A stretch of 64,000 nt of DNA from an uncultured delta proteobacterium (GTDB lineage: Bacteria; Myxococcota_A; Polyangia; Polyangiales; Polyangiaceae), in assembly GCA_963841435.1 (NCBI GenBank), contig CAWJCS010000002.1, positions 960,001 through 1,024,000 of the forward strand, in the 5' to 3' direction. The stretch's first letter is position 1; every line of letters begins with the position of its first letter. The position numbers and the translations under genes are program-made. A model generated the notes under the pieces. It was not told where the DNA came from, made no database searches, and worked only from the letters and a program-made list of their open reading frames with translations. This document shows, one piece after another, positions 62,279 through 64,000 of the stretch.

Positions 62279-64000
62279 ATGAAATATGGCTGGTTCCTTG
62301 CTGCTGCGGCCGTGCTCGGGCTTGCCCTGAGCCTGCCTGAACGCCTCGCGCGCGCCGACGGGCGGGCCCAGCGTCGTGACGTCATGGGCATCGCCGACGT
62401 GCGGCGCGGCATGAAGGGCTACGGGCTCACCGTCTTCGAGGGCACTCGTCCGGAGCGCTTCGACGTCGAGGTCATCGACGTGCTGAAGAACTTCCGGCCC
62501 AAGCAAGAGGTCGTCCTCATCAAGACGAAGCATCCTCGTCTCGACATCGCGAAGGTCGTTGCGGGGATGAGCGGAAGCCCCATCTACATCGGCGGCAAGA
62601 TGATCGGCGCCTACGCCTACGGCTGGACGTTCGGCTCCGAGCCCGTTGCGGGCGTTACGCCCATCCGCACGATGCTCGACGAGCTCGAGCTGCCGCTCCC
62701 CGACACGATCAACGGCTGGCCCCTCAAAGTCCTGCCCGGCAAAGGCAAGCGCGTGGCCTCGGCGGCGCGCGGCGGCGCAGGGCGTTTCCAGGGCGAGCTC
62801 GGGCGCTACGACGTGAAGGAGCATGCAATGGAGCTCGCGCGCGCCACGGCGTTCACGGGTCCCTCGGCCGTTCGCCCCGTCGCGACGCCGCTGCTCGTCG
62901 GGGGGCTCACGCCGGGAGCGATCAAGCTCGCGTCGGAGCTCGTTGCGCCGCTCGGCCTCGAGCCGCTTCAGGCCGGCGGTGGCAGCACCCAGCCCGAGCC
63001 GGATGCACCGAAGCGCTTCGAGGACGGTGGCGCCATCGGCGTGGAGCTCATCCGCGGCGACATGAGCGCCATGGGACTTGGCACCGTGACGCGCGTCGAC
63101 GGCGATCGGCTGGTCGCGTTCGGGCATCCGATGATGGAAGCGGGCGTGACGGCCTTGCCCACGGCCATCGGGCGCGTGCTCTGGGTGCTCGCGAGCGAGC
63201 AACGCTCGTTCAAAATCGGCATGCCGGTGCGCTCCATGGGCGCCCTCGTCAACGACCGCGTGGCCTCGATCGTCGTCTCGCAGTCGACCAAGGCGCCCGT
63301 CGTGCCGGTCAAGATGCAGATCCACGGTGTGCCAGGCATGCCGCTTTCGAGCTGGAGCTTCGAGATCGCCCACGAGCGCTTCCTCACGCCGTCGTTCCTC
63401 GCGGTGGCGCTCGGCAGCGGGCTGCAGTCCGTCGCCAACGAGCAGCAGGACGTGAGCTGGGCGGTGCACAGCCGCCTCAGGCTGCGCGGCTTCGGCGAAA
63501 TCCAGCTCGAGGACTTCGGTGTCGCCATCGGCGGCACGCCCGACGCCGGTGAATTCGCGCGCTCGAACCTCGTGCGCGCCGTCGGCGCGCTGCTCAACAA
63601 TCCCTGGCAGTCCGTGCTGGTCGACGGCATCGACGTGAGCGTCGACCTTCACTACGCGCGCGACCTCTACCGGCTACGCGGTGCGGAGCTGCTCGCGACC
63701 GAGCTCGACGCCGGGCAGCCGGCGCGCATCCGCCTCACGCTCGTGCCGTTCGCGGGCCCCGTGATCCAGAAGACGCTGAGCGTGCCCCTGCCGGCGTATC
63801 TGGCGGGCCGGACGGTCACGCTCGAGATCGCGCCGGGCTACACCGAGGAGAAGGACAAGGCCGCGCCCGATTCGCTCGCCGAGCTGATCGAGAACCTGCA
63901 GGATCCGGTGTACCCGCCGCGCTCGGTGGTGGTGAGCTACGCCTCCCAGCAGGCCACGGTCACGCACCGGGGCCGCATCGCCCGGGATCTTCCGGTCGGC
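62279..64000 (+). CDS. SpoIVB-like peptidase S55 domain protein (3' end outside window; absent from the ORF track)
   Basis: Translated by hand: MKYGWFLAAAAV signal, GMKGYGLTVFEG, AGMSGSPIY, GTVT..DGDRLVAFGHP; no stop seen before the window end. Confidence 0.9.
   Translation, partial: MKYGWFLAAAAVLGLALSLPERLARADGRAQRRDVMGIADVRRGMKGYGLTVFEGTRPERFDVEVIDVLKNFRPKQEVVLIKTKHPRLDIAKVVAGMSGSPIYIGGKMIGAYAYGWTFGSEPVAGVTPIRTMLDELELPLPDTINGWPLKVLPGKGKRVASAARGGAGRFQGELGRYDVKEHAMELARATAFTGPSAVRPVATPLLVGGLTPGAIKLASELVAPLGLEPLQAGGGSTQPEPDAPKRFEDGGAIGVELIRGDMSAMGLGTVTRVDGDRLVAFGHPMMEAGVTALPTAIGRVLWVLASEQRSFKIGMPVRSMGALVNDRVASIVVSQSTKAPVVPVKMQIHGVPGMPLSSWSFEIAHERFLTPSFLAVALGSGLQSVANEQQDVSWAVHSRLRLRGFGEIQLEDFGVAIGGTPDAGEFARSNLVRAVGALLNNPWQSVLVDGIDVSVDLHYARDLYRLRGAELLATELDAGQPARIRLTLVPFAGPVIQKTLSVPLPAYLAGRTVTLEIAPGYTEEKDKAAPDSLAELIENLQDPVYPPRSVVVSYASQQATVTHRGRIARDLPVG

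Overview
GC-rich bacterial chromosome segment. A MYXO-CTERM protease, a Ser/Thr kinase-TPR/PEGA pair, TSP3-repeat proteins and Gly-rich lipoproteins point to Myxococcota, probably Polyangiaceae-like (inference). Most of the window is core genome: rnj (partial), uppP, uvrB, argC, rpsI-rplM, pcm, dnaK, xseB, murA, hisG, tRNA-Cys and tRNA-Ala. Five things stand out. (1) A ~7.2 kb island integrated at tRNA-Ala(CGC), bounded by a 42-bp direct repeat (40/42 identical), carries an internally deleted tyrosine integrase and a five-gene amino-sugar surface-modification cassette. (2) Two sigma-54 -24/-12 motifs lie in front of radC and of an [82-aa unknown protein]-comEA pair, suggesting a sigma-54-controlled DNA-uptake regulon with a candidate small ssDNA-binding protein. 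(3) A 93-bp tandem repeat reiterates the 3' end of tRNA-Cys. (4) An MshEN-HD-GYP-REC-DUF4388 protein has degenerate motifs in its three signalling domains. (5) Seven single-base indels in six genes, including uvrB and radC, look like long-read errors rather than biology. All calls come from reading the sequence and motifs by eye; no database searches were run.
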